A stretch of DNA of 64,000 bases from positions 32,617,028 to 32,681,027 of the forward strand of contig NC_087064.1 of NCBI RefSeq assembly GCF_963678635.1, given 5' to 3'. Shown in pieces: positions 1 through 11,483 of the stretch. The DNA is from Symsagittifera roscoffensis. Taxonomy: Eukaryota. Numbering within the stretch: position 1 is the stretch's first letter; every line of letters starts with the position of its first letter. The notes beneath the pieces are model-generated. The model was not told where the DNA came from. It saw only the letters and a program-made list of their open reading frames with translations, and did not search any database. The translations under genes were made by a program, and so were the position numbers.

Positions 1-483
1 TGCAACCGATTTTTGAGCGTAAAATGAGGATAAAAACTGATTTAAGATTTAGAATTAGCGGCCAAAACTGCTATCATTAAACTTAGAGTGCACTCCAGTA
101 CTCATCAAACAGATTTGAATCGATAACATCAGTTCTAATTGCATAGTCAAGATTAGAGTTCTTGAATAGCTTATAAATTTTCCAGTCTTTTTTAAGCATC
201 AGTCTTTTTGAATCATTGTAAGTTTTTTCATTGAAACAATCTTTAACAGTTTTTATCAAGGAAGCAAGTCCTCCATCAGTGAAAATGTCGCTGGTCAAAA
301 AAATAAGAAAAAATTTATTTCAATCATTGAACCAAGTCTTTTGTCACCTAAATCATTGAATTTGGATTTCAATATATAGGTTTATCATACCCATCATTCT
401 AGTAGAACTTTTGAAACGAAGGAAACAGCGCAAATATTTGACGCGACCACTTTCAACTGGGAAAATGCAGTAATCTAAAAAAT

Positions 484-1012
484 AACAAGACTGCTCGTAT
501 CAGGGCGAAGCCCTGAAAGTTTCGACAGCCTTTTAAGGTTTATGGAGCAGTAAAAACATTAAAAAATTAAATGTAATAAAACAAAATGAAAATTTTTTTC
601 TTAAATTTGAAATTTTTTATGAAAATCATCCCCCCACACGCCATATAAAGTACAAAAAAATGGATTTCACTCCTTGTAACAAATCAATTATGGCTAATAA
701 GCTTCTTTCAACCAATTTGGAACGGTTTCTAGGACGGATTAAGTCTCCGCATACGCGTTAAAAGAGCAAAATATATCGCGCGTTATTTGTCTCAAATTGG
801 CCAAAATGGCAATCTTTAAACCCCCATAACTTTACAAAAAATGATCACAGGTGAAATATCTTTTCAAATTTGAGCTCATGACAACAATACCTTTCGAATG
901 ACATAGTAAAATTCCGTCAACAAGGGCTAGTTAAAAAGTCGAAATTTGTCTGAAGAAAAAAAACCAACCCCGAGCACGAATATTCCGTTACTTTCGTATC
1001 GAAAGTCGGAAC
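484..1012 (+). repeat. Copy 1 of a ~530-bp dispersed repeat unit, unclassified (SINE/MITE-like)
   Basis: Near-identical to 1041-1573 and to 2219-2750 in reverse complement. Starts AACAAGACTGCTCGTATCAGGGCGAAGCCCTGA, which contains the short hairpin CAGGGCGAAGCCCTG, and ends ...CTTTCGTATCGAAAGTCGGAAC. Confidence 0.6.
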
Positions 1013-1040
1013 TATAATCAGCAGTTGGTTTGTTAATGAA

Positions 1041-1573
1041 AACAAGACTGCTCGTATCAGGGCGAAGCTCTGAATGTTCTGACTGCCTTTTAAGGTTTAT
1101 GGAGCAGTGATAACATTAAAAAATTCAATGAAAAAAAAAACAAAATGAAAACTTTTTTTTTCTAAAATTTGAAATTTTTTCTGAAAATCATCCCCCCACA
1201 CGCCATTTTAAGTACAAAAGGATAGATTTCGCTCCTTGTAACAAACCAATTATGTCAAATAATGCTTCTTTTTACCAATTTGGACCGATTTCTAAGACGG
1301 ATTAACTCTCCGCTTACGCGTTAATAGCGCGAAATATCGCGCGTTAATTGTCCCAAATTGGCCAAAATGGCAATCTTTAAACCCCCGTAACTTTACGAAA
1401 AATGATCACAGGTGAAATATCTTTTCAAATTTGAGGTCAGGACAACAATACTTTTTGAATGATATAAAAAAATTCCGTCAAAAATGGCTAGTTAAAAAGT
1501 CGAAATTTGTCTGAAGAAAAAAAACCCACCCCGAGCACAAATATTCCGTTACTTTCGTATCGAAAGTCGGAAC
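1041..1573 (+). repeat. Copy 2 of the same ~530-bp repeat, a direct repeat of copy 1
   Basis: Aligns base-for-base with 484-1012, with only a few substitutions and indels. Confidence 0.6.
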
Positions 1574-2218
1574 AAAAAGAGTGCTATATTGAGCGTCCCG
1601 CAAGTCAGAAAAAAATGAAGCAAAATGGGATTTAAAAACATTCCAAACAAAACCATGTTGCTGTTATCTTCAGCAGAAAGAATTCGAAAAAAAAACTGCA
1701 CAGGGACTCGATGGCTCCAAAGGGACTCGATGGTTTTTTCATATTTGCTGGGAAAAGCAAAAAGGAATTGTCTTAATCAACAACCCTATTGAATCACAGC
1801 GCGCAGCTTTTTTTGGACAAAACTCAGGCCGGGGCATGAATCAACAGGCAGTGACACGAGAAGTTTATACGCTAAGTACTATAATTACAAGTACTATAAA
1901 AAAATACGAAAAATTTAAAAAAATAAAATTATGGATACTGTAAAACCTAGAAGATCTAAACAAAACCCAGAACCGTAGGACACAAACAAAAAGGGAGGAA
2001 AAACCGAAGTAGGATGTTTTGAGTCGTGACTTTGATCATTTTGAGCCGCACTTCATTCAACGATTTAATGCAGTTAGAAAACCTGATGTACTTTTGGCTT
2101 CAAGGTGAATTTAACTAATAATTGATCATATCCAATATTTAAAAGTCGGCTTTTTTAATCAACGTTTTCTTGTGGTTTTATGAAAATTATAGTGCAGTTC
2201 ACCCCGTTGCATCTGACT

Positions 2219-2750
2219 GTTCCGACTTTCGGTACGAAAGTAACGGAATATTTGTGCTCGGGGTGGATTTTTTTTTTCTTCAGACAAATTTCGACTTTTT
2301 ATCTAGCCATTTTTGACGGAATTTTTTTATATCATTCAAAAGATATTGTTGCCCTGAGCTCAAATTTGAAAAGATATTTCACCTGTGATCATTTTTCGGT
2401 AAGTTATGGGGGTTTAAAGATTGCCATTTTGGCCAATTTGGGACAATTAACGCGCGATATTTTTCGCGCTATTAACGCGTAAGCGGAGAGTTAATCCGTC
2501 TCAAAAATCGTTCCAAATTGGTTGAAAGAAACTTGATTGCCATAATTGATTTGTTACAAGGAGCGAAACCTATCTTTTTCTATTTTATATGGCGTGTGGG
2601 GGGATAATTTTCATAAAAAATTTCAAATTGTAGAAAAAAAATTTTTTCATTTTTTTAATACATTTAATTTTTAATGTTATTACTGCTCCATAATACCTTA
2701 AAAGGCAGTCGGAACCTTCAGGGCTTCGCCCTGATACGAGCAGTCTTGTT
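2219..2750 (-). repeat. Copy 3 of the ~530-bp repeat, in inverted orientation
   Basis: Reverse complement of copies 1 and 2. It begins with the reverse complement of the unit end (GTTCCGACTTTCGGTACGAAAGTAACGG) and ends with CGAGCAGTCTTGTT. The spurious ORF 2180-2482 lies inside it. Confidence 0.6.
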
Positions 2751-3362
2751 TTGATTTGGTAATTGTAACTAGGACCGTTCATCTTTCGCGCTAGAAGGAA
2801 TTTCGCGTCGACTATTTGAATTTTGATTGAACGTAGAAACGAGCATTTGGTAGGAGCGATTGCACGTAGGAACTACTTCTATCGAAAATGCGGATATAAC
2901 CCTGAGAATGCATACTGTTTTGACGGAGCTTGCTGATGAAGATTTTTCCGTAATTAGTTGTTTGTTGCATATTTGATTTTTTACTAAAACTTCAGTTTAC
3001 TTATTTGTGCTCGTTTTTAGAACGAAATTAGCCTCAACCCTAGTGACATCATCCACCAATTTGTCAAACTTTGCTATATTTTTTTTGCGTTGGCTTGTTG
3101 AGAAAAAATAGGGCAAACATTCAATTTGATGCTAGCTACAACGGTAACCAAAAATGAATTAGTTAAACTGCAATGAAATGATGAATTACTTTAATTCAGT
3201 TTGTTCAGACTGAACTTATTGCGGGTTCTGGAAAAATTGTCGCAGATTTCTCAAATTGGAGCATTTATGAGCGGTAGAGTGTTTGAACTATTTGCTTGCG
3301 GAGTCCACTCGCAGCTCACAAAATGCACAGTTCCGACTCGTAATGGTTTTCGTATTTAATCA

Positions 3363-4395
3363 AGGGCGGATTTAAGGTAAATGGCGGACGCCCACCTCAG
3401 GGTTTCGACCCCTCGGCAACGAAAGGGCCCTAGTTTGCAATTATTTGGTGAGCTACATCTTCGGCCGACCAACCCTAAATTTTTTCAAACTAAATTATAC
3501 AAATTATAATATTTTGTGTGGCCTTAACAATATACAATATCTGGTAAACACGTTTTCTATATTCCCGTTCGACCAAAACAATCCTATCCGATTTCTATTT
3601 CAATTCTTTTAAGGGAAATTACGGTTAATAGGCTTATTTTGCTATTGGCTGATTTCGCCATTGGCTTATTTTAGTACTTTGTTTCAATTCTTACCTACCC
3701 CGCACTTCTCAAGAGAAGAGCATTTCAACTTCTATGGAAGAACACAAAGCCAATATATACTAATTTTGAAGGGGTGCTCGAGCCGAAAAAAAAATTCAAT
3801 TTTGTGGTCAAAATATTTTTTAGAAAAAAGTCCGAAAACGGCGTCTCTTTGGTCAAAAAAAGTTGTTATAATGTTCTGCGAGCGCCTGAAAAATCAATTT
3901 GTTCAAGCTAAAAAAGTTCAGCTAAAATTTAAAATTTTTAAATATCCGACCCAGGGGCGGATCAAGGATTTTCTCGAGGGGGGGGGGGGCGTATTTTCAA
4001 AATTTGTTCGAAATTTTGTCGACCTTTTTTTTAGGTCGACTGAATTGAGCTCTCCCTACGCACAGTTTAGTCCCTGTTTTAGGCAAAGTTTCTGCGCCGC
4101 AGGCAAAATTTTGAAAAGCAGTCCAAAACAGGCGTTTTTGGCACTTTGTGGAAAAATTTGACCAAGTTGCGTTTTTTTGGCGCGCGCGCCCCCCTCAAAA
4201 TTAGTATATATTGGAGCCAAAGGCGCCTTTAGAAAAATTTTAGGGTCGGTCGGCCAAAAATGGATTTCTTAAAAAGTACCAAAGGGGGGACCCTTTGGGT
4301 CGGCAAGGGGTCGAATCCCTGAAGGAAAGCATATGCCCCTCCCGCCCCCCCCCCCCCCTAAATCCGCCCCTGATCCGACCCCTTCGAGAAAATCC
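3363..4395. mobile_element. Cluster of related MITE fragments forming a ~1-kb foldback structure. One full ~390-bp copy lies at ~3941-4335, with inverted partial fragments at 3363-3485 and 4340-4395.
   Basis: 3363-3485 (GGGCGGATTTAAGG...CAGGGTTTCGACCCCTCGGCAACGAAAGGGCCC...GGCCGACCAACCCTAAA) is the reverse-complement counterpart of 4230-4335 (AGGGTCGGTCGGCC...GGGTCGGCAAGGGGTCGAATCCCTGAAGG). Poly-G/poly-C tracts and a GGCGCGCGCGCC core are present. ORF 3661-4161 runs through the repeat and is judged spurious. Confidence 0.55.
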
Positions 4396-4806
4396 TAGAT
4401 CCGCCCGTGTCTGATAGAAAAATTTCGCTTTGACTCACCGGTTTTGCCGTCTTCAGTTTTTTGTTTTCATGTAAGCCATTTTTTTTTCTTGCATTTTTGC
4501 TTGCATGTAAGCTATTTTTTGACCTGTACTGTATGGTTTTATCTATTGACCCTGACAAATTTTGCTATACGCGATGATGGTTTTACTTATGTTCATATGG
4601 TTGGCATAGATTCACCCACATTGTCTACTTGAACTATCTGGCTCAGTCTGTCCTGTTGCGTTATAGTAGTGACATACAGATGAAGCCTAGCCGGACTTTT
4701 AATCATTAGGTATCACCTCTGTGCTCTATGCGAGCCTCAATTTGTTCCTCTGTCAGAAGTTTTTCGAAGCGATGAAACGTGTCTTCTTATTTAATCACTT
4801 GATTTT

Positions 4807-5110
4807 TTTCAGCCAGTGTTTCATCTTTGGCTCGAACTCCTTGATGAACTTTTTTCCGGCTCCCATATTTGTTTGATCTGATTCACAAGGGTTGTCAGAT
4901 ATATCGGATTCACAACTTCTGCCTTTGCTTTCAACGAACTTGCTTGTTCCTCGCCAAAAATTAGTTTCACAAACTTTGATGTCGCCACTGAATCCAGTTT
5001 TGTTAGGTTCACAACACTTGCTCTTGCCTATGGACTTCCAGAAGGCAGTCTTGTTTTTTGCAGCCGAGGATCCTCTCGCTTTGCATGCAGTGCCACAATT
5101 CCGGCTTCAA
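4807..5110 (-). CDS. Possible terminal coding exon of a small cysteine-rich peptide (tentative)
   Basis: Minus-strand frame reads ...SRNCGTACKARGSSAAKNKTAFWKSIGKSKCCEPNKTGFSGDIKVCETNFWRGTSKFVESKGRSCESDISDNPCESDQTNMGAGKKFIKEFEPKMKHWLKKIK*. A stop lies immediately upstream in frame and a TTGAAG acceptor-like site is at the 5' edge. No recognisable domain. Confidence 0.2.
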
Positions 5111-5175
5111 TTCATTCTTCCAGCCTCGATCAGAGAAACAGTGCCAACCATTAACATTGTCTTCAGAGGGCTTGA

Positions 5176-6075
5176 TGATTCCTTCTTTTGTTTCGCCATT
5201 ACATTTAATACCTACATTTTTTCTTCTTTAAAAAATGACTTGTTCGACTGCAATTCATCGCTTCTGGCAAAAATAATTTGGAAATTTTATATTTGAATGA
5301 TTTTTGTATAATTATATTTACATAATAATTATCTTCATTAGTAACCAAAATAAAATACATTTAAAAACCATTTAAATAGAAAAACCTCTGACACCAAAAA
5401 ATTTATTTAACGCCACGCTATCTTTACCAAATTTTTTAGGAGCAAAATAGCTAAGAAACCAACCAAAAGTTTGGTCCAATTAAAAAGTTTGCCCGACCTT
5501 CGTGGCTAAAAGTTGTCACTGATTCTGTTCATTTTTAAAGTCTTTTGGTACCTTTTGTACCTTTTTGAATTACTCTTAAAAATTTTAGATACTGCTGCCG
5601 GACGCTGCTTTGATATAATTGACAAAAAATGGTTTATATATGTTAAACCACTATTTTAATTTTAGAAGCTCTGAATTCAAGCGATAAATCCAAAGTTTTT
5701 TGACAAAAAAGTTTCAGAAAGAAACAGTTAATCATCTGACAACTTCGAATTGGAAATTAACTCTAATGAAAGCTTTCAAAAAGACTGAAATTTTAAATTG
5801 ACACTATTGGTTACATAATTTTAAAGGTCTGAGGTTAGAAATTTAAAATCTGAAATTTGAAGAGGCGACAAAAATCTCATCAGAGTGAATACTATTTTTT
5901 CATGTTTTTTATCCTCTTACCTACAAGATTCAGATTTAAGATATTGAGATGAGTGACATTATAAGATGTTTTGCATTAAAATAATGCAAAAAACGTAGTT
6001 CAAGAGAAAAAGCTGGTACGTTTTTCAAAAAAGTCAAACTGGGTTATAAGAACTAATTTTATTAGCGTGCACCAA
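5176..6075 (+). repeat. Unit 1 of a local tandem duplication
   Basis: 5176-6075 aligns with 6521-7533 (GATTCCTTCTTTTGTT...GCAATTCATCGCTTCTG...TAGCTAAGAAACCAACC...GTCACTGAT...GCGTGCACC). The MITE copy at 6085-6478 is inserted after unit 1 and is absent after unit 2. Confidence 0.55.
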
Positions 6076-6084
6076 CGCCCCCTC

Positions 6085-6478
6085 CTTCCCTCAGGGATTC
6101 GACACCCTGCCGACCCAAAGGGTCCCCCCTTTGGTACTTTTTAAGAAATCCATTTTTGGCCGACCGACCTTAAAATTATTCTAAAGGCGTCTTTGGCGCC
6201 AATATTTACTAATTTTGAGGGGGGAGCGCGCGCCAAAAAAACGCAATTTTTTGGTCAAAATTTTCCAAAAAGTGCCTAAAAACGCCTTTTTTTGACTGAT
6301 TTTTTCAAAAACTTGCCTACGGCGCAGAAAATTTTGCCAAAATAGGGACAAAACAGTGCTTTGGGAGAGCTCAAAAAATCAATTTGGTCGACCTAAAAAA
6401 AAGGTCGGCAAAATTTTCGATTTCTTTTTGAAAATCCGCCCCCCCCCCCACCTCGAGAGAACCCTAGATCAGCCCCTG
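6085..6478 (-). mobile_element. Second full copy of the same ~390-bp MITE-like element, in inverted orientation
   Basis: Reverse complement of 3941-4335 over nearly its whole length (CCCTCAGGGATTCGACACCCTGCCGACCCAAAGGGTCCCCCC...GAAAATCCGCCCCCCCCCCC). It sits exactly between the two units of the local tandem duplication. Confidence 0.6.
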
Positions 6479-6520
6479 TATAGTCACTTAAGTAAAACTA
6501 AATTATTACGATTGTAAGCT

Positions 6521-7533
6521 TTTGATTCCTTCTTTTGTTATGACATTTCATTTGATGCCTACAATTTTTTCTAATGTTTCTTGTTCTATTGCAATTCATC
6601 GCTTCTGTTGACAACAATTTTAAATTTTTATACGGTTTATAAGATGTTCGTTTGATTATGTACACATATCAATTATACTCATAAGTATAAAAGTTTTATA
6701 TATTAATTAAGCCAATTAAAACACAAAAATCTCTGTCGCCACAAACTTTATTAATAACGTCAAGCTATCTATACCAAAACTTTGTGGGAACAAAATAGCT
6801 AAAAGAAGAAGTAGAAACCAGCTAAACTTTAAAATTGATTACTTCAGAATGTAAAATGTCAGTTTGGTCCAATTAATAATAGTACGTTGCCGAAATTTGG
6901 GGCTGAAAGCTGCCACTGATTTTTCAAACTTTTTTGGAATCTTTTCTTCCTTTTTGACCTACTCTTAAAAATTCTGGATAGCTAATTTTAGCTAGGAAAC
7001 TGTTGACGGACACTGCTTCGACATAATTGACAAAACATGGTTTAAATATGTTCTAAAAAATTTTCGTTTTGAGAACCTTTATCTTTAAGCAATAACGAAC
7101 AATTAACATTCTGTCAACTTTGAATTGGAAAATAGCTCTGAGCAAACTTTCAAAAATGCTGAAGTTTTATGTTCACGCTATGGATTACATGAATTTATTG
7201 GTCTGAGAGTAGAAATTTGTATTCTGAGTTTTGAAAAGGCGACAAAAATACAGCTCAACAGAAAAAAGAACTGTTTTTTATTCATAGTTTTTTTTTACTT
7301 TCTCACTCTATGGATGCTATAAACTATGAGAAACGGGAGAGTGCACCTATATAATTGAGATATTCAGCAATTTTTTTTTGTTAATTTTAAATTAATGCAA
7401 AAAACGAGTTCAGGGGAACAATTTGTTTTTAAGTTAATGCAAAAAACGTAGTTCAGGGGGACAACCTGATAAAATTTACAAAAATAAAATTCAAACTGGT
7501 TTATAAAAACTAATTTTGACTGCGTGCACCCAA
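6521..7533 (+). repeat. Unit 2 of the local tandem duplication
   Basis: See unit 1. Unit 2 ends ...GACTGCGTGCACC and continues into unique sequence, then the BEL target-site duplication and LTR. Confidence 0.55.
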
Positions 7534-7622
7534 GAATAACAATATTTTGTTAATTACACGCGAGTTTAATTTACAACTTATGTTTTTATCAGACAAGGGT
7601 TTTTTTAGATAATTTTAATAAA

Positions 7623-7627
7623 ACAGG
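7623..7627. other. Target-site duplication ACAGG flanking the BEL/Pao element (left copy)
   Basis: ACAGG lies immediately before the LTR start TGTGGCGCAC at 7628. The identical ACAGG follows the other LTR end (...GCGCGAACA) at 17475-17479. Confidence 0.7.
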
Positions 7628-7924
7628 TGTGGCGCACTCTCGTATCCTGTAAGATCTAAAAAACCTGGTTCAACATCTGTAAATTATCGGCAATTTAAAC
7701 AGATAGTATGACAATATAAAGATAATATAAAATAAGGCAAACATCTTCCGGTTAACATGTTATCAAACGGTTTTTTCCACAATCTCAAAAATCTATAAAC
7801 ATTTTGATGGCAAACTGACCTTAATCGGACAAACCAGTAGTTTTCAAGGCCTTTTGTCTAAGCAAATCTTTTTTAGCTTTTTCACTTTCGCGCCATAATG
7901 ACGTCATTAATTTAAGCGCAAACA
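7628..7924 (-). repeat. 3' LTR in element orientation, 297 bp
   Basis: TGTGGCGCACTCTCGTATCCTGTAAGATC...CATAATGACGTCATTAATTTAAGCGCAAACA. Five differences from the other LTR copy. Confidence 0.85.
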
Positions 7925-8316
7925 TCTTCCGCGCCCAAAGGAGCAAAAACGGGTGCGAGTTTTACGGCCGGTCGAGTTAGCTCCCCGGAGCGGGTGGTAA
8001 CTACGGCGGATCGGGCTATGTTGTCTTTTCCGTAATTAAGGGTTTTTATACGAGCCAGAGGGTAGTGTCCCCTTGGGTTGCGTTCGTCAACAATCCACAC
8101 TAAATCCCCTGTTTTTAAAATAACGTCACTATCGGAGTGCCACTTACTGCGTTTATTCAGCGCTGGCACATAATCTCGCAGCCAACGACTCCAAATTGCG
8201 TTGGCGTAGCTTTGCGCTCGGATATATTGCTTTCGATGGTCGAAGTGCTCCTGGAAAGAGAGAGAAGGAAAGCTAGTACCATTTCGGCCTAACAAAAAAT
8301 GATTAGGAGTTAACAC
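7912..8316 (-). pseudogene. Integrase C-terminal segment of BEL pol, shifted in frame from the main pol ORF
   Basis: 134 aa: MLTPNHFLLGRNG...DLVWIVDERNPRGHYPLARI...; continues the DDE integrase that ends the 1017-aa ORF in another frame. Stop lies just inside the LTR. Confidence 0.6.
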
Positions 8317-8429
8317 CTCGAAACCATCCAGACTTGCACTTACTGATGTTATAGGTCGAGCGTTCAGTGATTGTTCTACAAGACAGAAAGTTGTTTCAAG
8401 GACTTCGGGAGTGAGCTTTCTACTTCCTA

Positions 8430-11400
8430 TTATTGCGTAGCATACCCTTTTACAACACCGAACGAGACGTTCCCAAGAACCCCTGTGATGCGGGGCTGCC
8501 GGGGGTTAAATTTCCACTTAATACCCTTTTTCGCCAGCTCTGGGGGTGCTTGATCGTTCCACGACTGAATACAATTTAAGAGTTCTTTCTCGGCTCCCAC
8601 AAAATTGGTGCCGTTATCAGACCAAATGACTGATGGAGTGCCGCGACGGGCTATGAATGTTTCGATTCCCATTACACACGAACTCGTGTCCATGGATGAG
8701 ACAATCTCAATATGTACAGCTCTGGTGGTCATACATGTAAAAAGGAAGCACCATCGTTTTTCAGAACTCCTCCTGATTGAGACGTAAAAGGGTCCAAAGT
8801 AATCAACACCACAGTTTGTGAAGGGAGGCTGGCGGTAACCAAGCCTTTCAACTGGAAGCTCTGCCATCATAGGTGTGACAGTTTTGGCTTTGCGCTTCCT
8901 ACATATAAGGCAGTGGACTTCAATGGACTTCAATAAAGAGCGAAGGTTCAAGATTGCGAACTCTAAGTGAATTACAGCTCGCAGGTAGTCTAAGAACTGG
9001 TGCTGATAGCGATAATGAATATCACTTACGAACAATTTCACCAAAGAATGCCTTCCATCAAGGATTATGGGGTGTTTTGTGTCATATTCAGTTTCAACTA
9101 GGCGGCGAATTCGCCCAGTTGAACGAATGAGGAATGCAGGACCCATAAACGGTGCATACTGTGCAATACGACTAGACTTTTTGACGTTTTTGTTGCAGGA
9201 CAGGAGTAAATATTCCGCTTCAAAAGATTCCTTTTGGGAAATTAACAAAAGTCGTTGTTTGGCGGTTTCTAATTCAACCGGATCGGTTATTTCCTTGACT
9301 TTAGTGCGGTAGTGCCGGTGTTTCGGACTAAGTCTGAGCATGAAGGCAACCACTCGCTGGAGTTTACGAAACGAGCTGAACTTTTCCCATGCAAATAAAA
9401 TGGGTTGTTTTTGTTTTTGTGCAACGTTTGAAAAATTAGAGGCCTGCTGTAAACCTTCATTAAGGTCACAAGCGGGACCAGCCAGGCGGATTTTCTTAAG
9501 TATTTCTATGCTCGGCTTGAAAGGCCACTCGCCACTTTTCAGCAGACTTGGCCCGTTCACCCAGCTGCTTGTTTTTAAGGACTCCGCTGAGATTCCTCTG
9601 GTTCCCGTATCAGCAGGGTTGTCTCCACTTAAGACATGAAACCACTGATCTACGGTCGTACTTTCTAGAATCTCTCCAATCCGGTTTGCCACGAACGTGG
9701 GTTGCTTACTACCTGAGTTTAACCACTGGAGCACAGTGGTGCTGTCAGTCCACATGAACGTGTTTGACACAGGAATGGTTAGAGCTTTGAGGACATCTTC
9801 CTTCAAGCGGGTAGCGAGTAACGCGGCCTGCAGTTCAAGCTTCGGGATGGAAAGCGCTTTCATGGGCGCCACTCTTGCTTTTCCAAAGACGAAGGCAACT
9901 TGTGTTTCGAGTGAAGTTTTCACACGGGCGCGAAGAAAAGCTACAGCACAAAAAATTTCTTCTGAGCTGTCACCGAACATGTGTAACTCAACCCAATCGA
10001 CTGGTGCGGAGAAGTAGCTGCGCTTTATACTCATTTTCCCTAGAGATGGCAAACCAGAGTGCCAGGCAAGAAATTTTGTCTTGATATCAACGGGTAGCTG
10101 ATCATCCCATTGTTGACCATGAATGCGCCAGATTTCTTTCAACAATAATCGGGCTCTTACGGTATAGGGCGCTACGAGACCTATGGGGTCGAAAACGGAA
10201 GAAACAAAACTTAACACTGTTCGCTGTGTTATCGAATTTTTAAGTTCACGGTTGACACCACGGCTTACGACCAAAGTGTCGTCAATATGGTCCCACTTCA
10301 GACCAAGAACATGAGAAGAATTATCCCCACAAGTTACAATATTTTTACTTTCCTGTTGCGGCGCGCTTTGGGGCGGGTTTAACTCTTTATTAATTTTAGC
10401 TACGTTACTTATGAATTTAGTTAATTTAAAACCACCTAGAGCTAACAGAGTAATCAACTCTTGACTCATTTTAAATGCAACATCAGGGTCCTCAAAGGAG
10501 TCAAGGTAGTCGTCCATATAAAATTTCTCTAGAACTGCGGATGCTGCGTCAGGGAACATCGCCTGATTATCCATTGCAGTCCGTTGCAATGCATAATTTG
10601 CACACGTTGGCGAATCTCTCGCTCCAAAGATATGTCTGGTGTACTGGTGTACAACCACATCGGCTGTGGGGTCCTCCCGCCACAGAAAACGAAGAGATGG
10701 TTGGTCCTCTGGAAGGACGCCGACTTGTAGGAACATCCCTTCAATGTCAGCCGATACGGCAAAATGATGTTGACGAAAACGGAGGAGAACGAACACAAGG
10801 TTTTGCAGTAGGTCGGGTCCTACTAGCAACGATTTGTTCAATGACGTACCATGGAATTTAGACGCTCCGTTAAGGACACGCCTCACTTTACCAGGTTTGT
10901 TTGGGTTCACCACGGGATGGTGGGGAAGATACCACTCGCGTATGCTGCGGTTCGAAAAATTATGGGGAGGAACTTGAATCACGTATCCTTTACTCAAATC
11001 ATCTTCGATAGTTTTTGAGTATTGATCCCTTAAGTGAGGATCTTTCGCTAAACGTTTTTCCAACGATTTTAACTGAACCAAAGAGGAATAGTAATTATCT
11101 GGTAACATGATAGATTCTTCTGCCCAAAGCATACCTACAACGTATCTTGATCCATCGTGGACGGTGGAGGAATCAAGTATTTTAGCCGCCCTTTTGTCTT
11201 CGGCTGAACGGGAATCAACCTGTTTGTAGGCTCCGTATGACTCTATTTCATACCAGCGTTTGATTTGACAAGCTAGTTCGGTATCATCCGTATTGCACTT
11301 GAAACAAGTAGAAAGGAAACCAGTAGATGTCGGCATTGGGCCGCTCAAGACCCAGCCTATTGGAAGGCGAACCGCGACGGGCGATGTGTTTGGATCGGCC

Positions 11401-11483
11401 TCACTCTTGAAATACTCCTCAGGCCGAATAGCATGGAAGGAGTCTTGACCAATTATTAAGTCTACATCGGCGTAGCTATACAC
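8430..11483 (-). CDS. BEL/Pao pol: protease C-terminal region, reverse transcriptase, RNase H and integrase core
   Basis: 1017-aa ORF. Motifs: VDLIIGQDSFHAI...VAVRLPIGWVLSGP (Peptidase A17/DUF1758 region), FYMDDYL (RT), GDSSEE...TDSTTVLQWL (RNase H), HIEIVS...WSDNGTNFVG (integrase DDE). Confidence 0.85.
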   Translation of the reverse strand: MYSYADVDLIIGQDSFHAIRPEEYFKSEADPNTSPVAVRLPIGWVLSGPMPTSTGFLSTCFKCNTDDTELACQIKRWYEIESYGAYKQVDSRSAEDKRAAKILDSSTVHDGSRYVVGMLWAEESIMLPDNYYSSLVQLKSLEKRLAKDPHLRDQYSKTIEDDLSKGYVIQVPPHNFSNRSIREWYLPHHPVVNPNKPGKVRRVLNGASKFHGTSLNKSLLVGPDLLQNLVFVLLRFRQHHFAVSADIEGMFLQVGVLPEDQPSLRFLWREDPTADVVVHQYTRHIFGARDSPTCANYALQRTAMDNQAMFPDAASAVLEKFYMDDYLDSFEDPDVAFKMSQELITLLALGGFKLTKFISNVAKINKELNPPQSAPQQESKNIVTCGDNSSHVLGLKWDHIDDTLVVSRGVNRELKNSITQRTVLSFVSSVFDPIGLVAPYTVRARLLLKEIWRIHGQQWDDQLPVDIKTKFLAWHSGLPSLGKMSIKRSYFSAPVDWVELHMFGDSSEEIFCAVAFLRARVKTSLETQVAFVFGKARVAPMKALSIPKLELQAALLATRLKEDVLKALTIPVSNTFMWTDSTTVLQWLNSGSKQPTFVANRIGEILESTTVDQWFHVLSGDNPADTGTRGISAESLKTSSWVNGPSLLKSGEWPFKPSIEILKKIRLAGPACDLNEGLQQASNFSNVAQKQKQPILFAWEKFSSFRKLQRVVAFMLRLSPKHRHYRTKVKEITDPVELETAKQRLLLISQKESFEAEYLLLSCNKNVKKSSRIAQYAPFMGPAFLIRSTGRIRRLVETEYDTKHPIILDGRHSLVKLFVSDIHYRYQHQFLDYLRAVIHLEFAILNLRSLLKSIEVHCLICRKRKAKTVTPMMAELPVERLGYRQPPFTNCGVDYFGPFYVSIRRSSEKRWCFLFTCMTTRAVHIEIVSSMDTSSCVMGIETFIARRGTPSVIWSDNGTNFVGAEKELLNCIQSWNDQAPPELAKKGIKWKFNPRQPRITGVLGNVSFGVVKGYATQ

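Noticed and set aside
83-298. 71-aa minus-strand ORF at the window edge
   Set aside because: No motif recognised and it may continue outside the window. Cannot be supported as a gene from this sequence alone.
2180-2482. 100-aa ORF
   Set aside because: Contained in the inverted copy of the 530-bp repeat. The corresponding frame is closed in the direct copies.
3661-4161. 166-aa plus-strand ORF
   Set aside because: Lies entirely within the MITE/foldback cluster (poly-G tract, GGCGCGCGCGCC core). Repeated in reverse complement at 6085-6478, where the frame is not preserved. No start context or domain.
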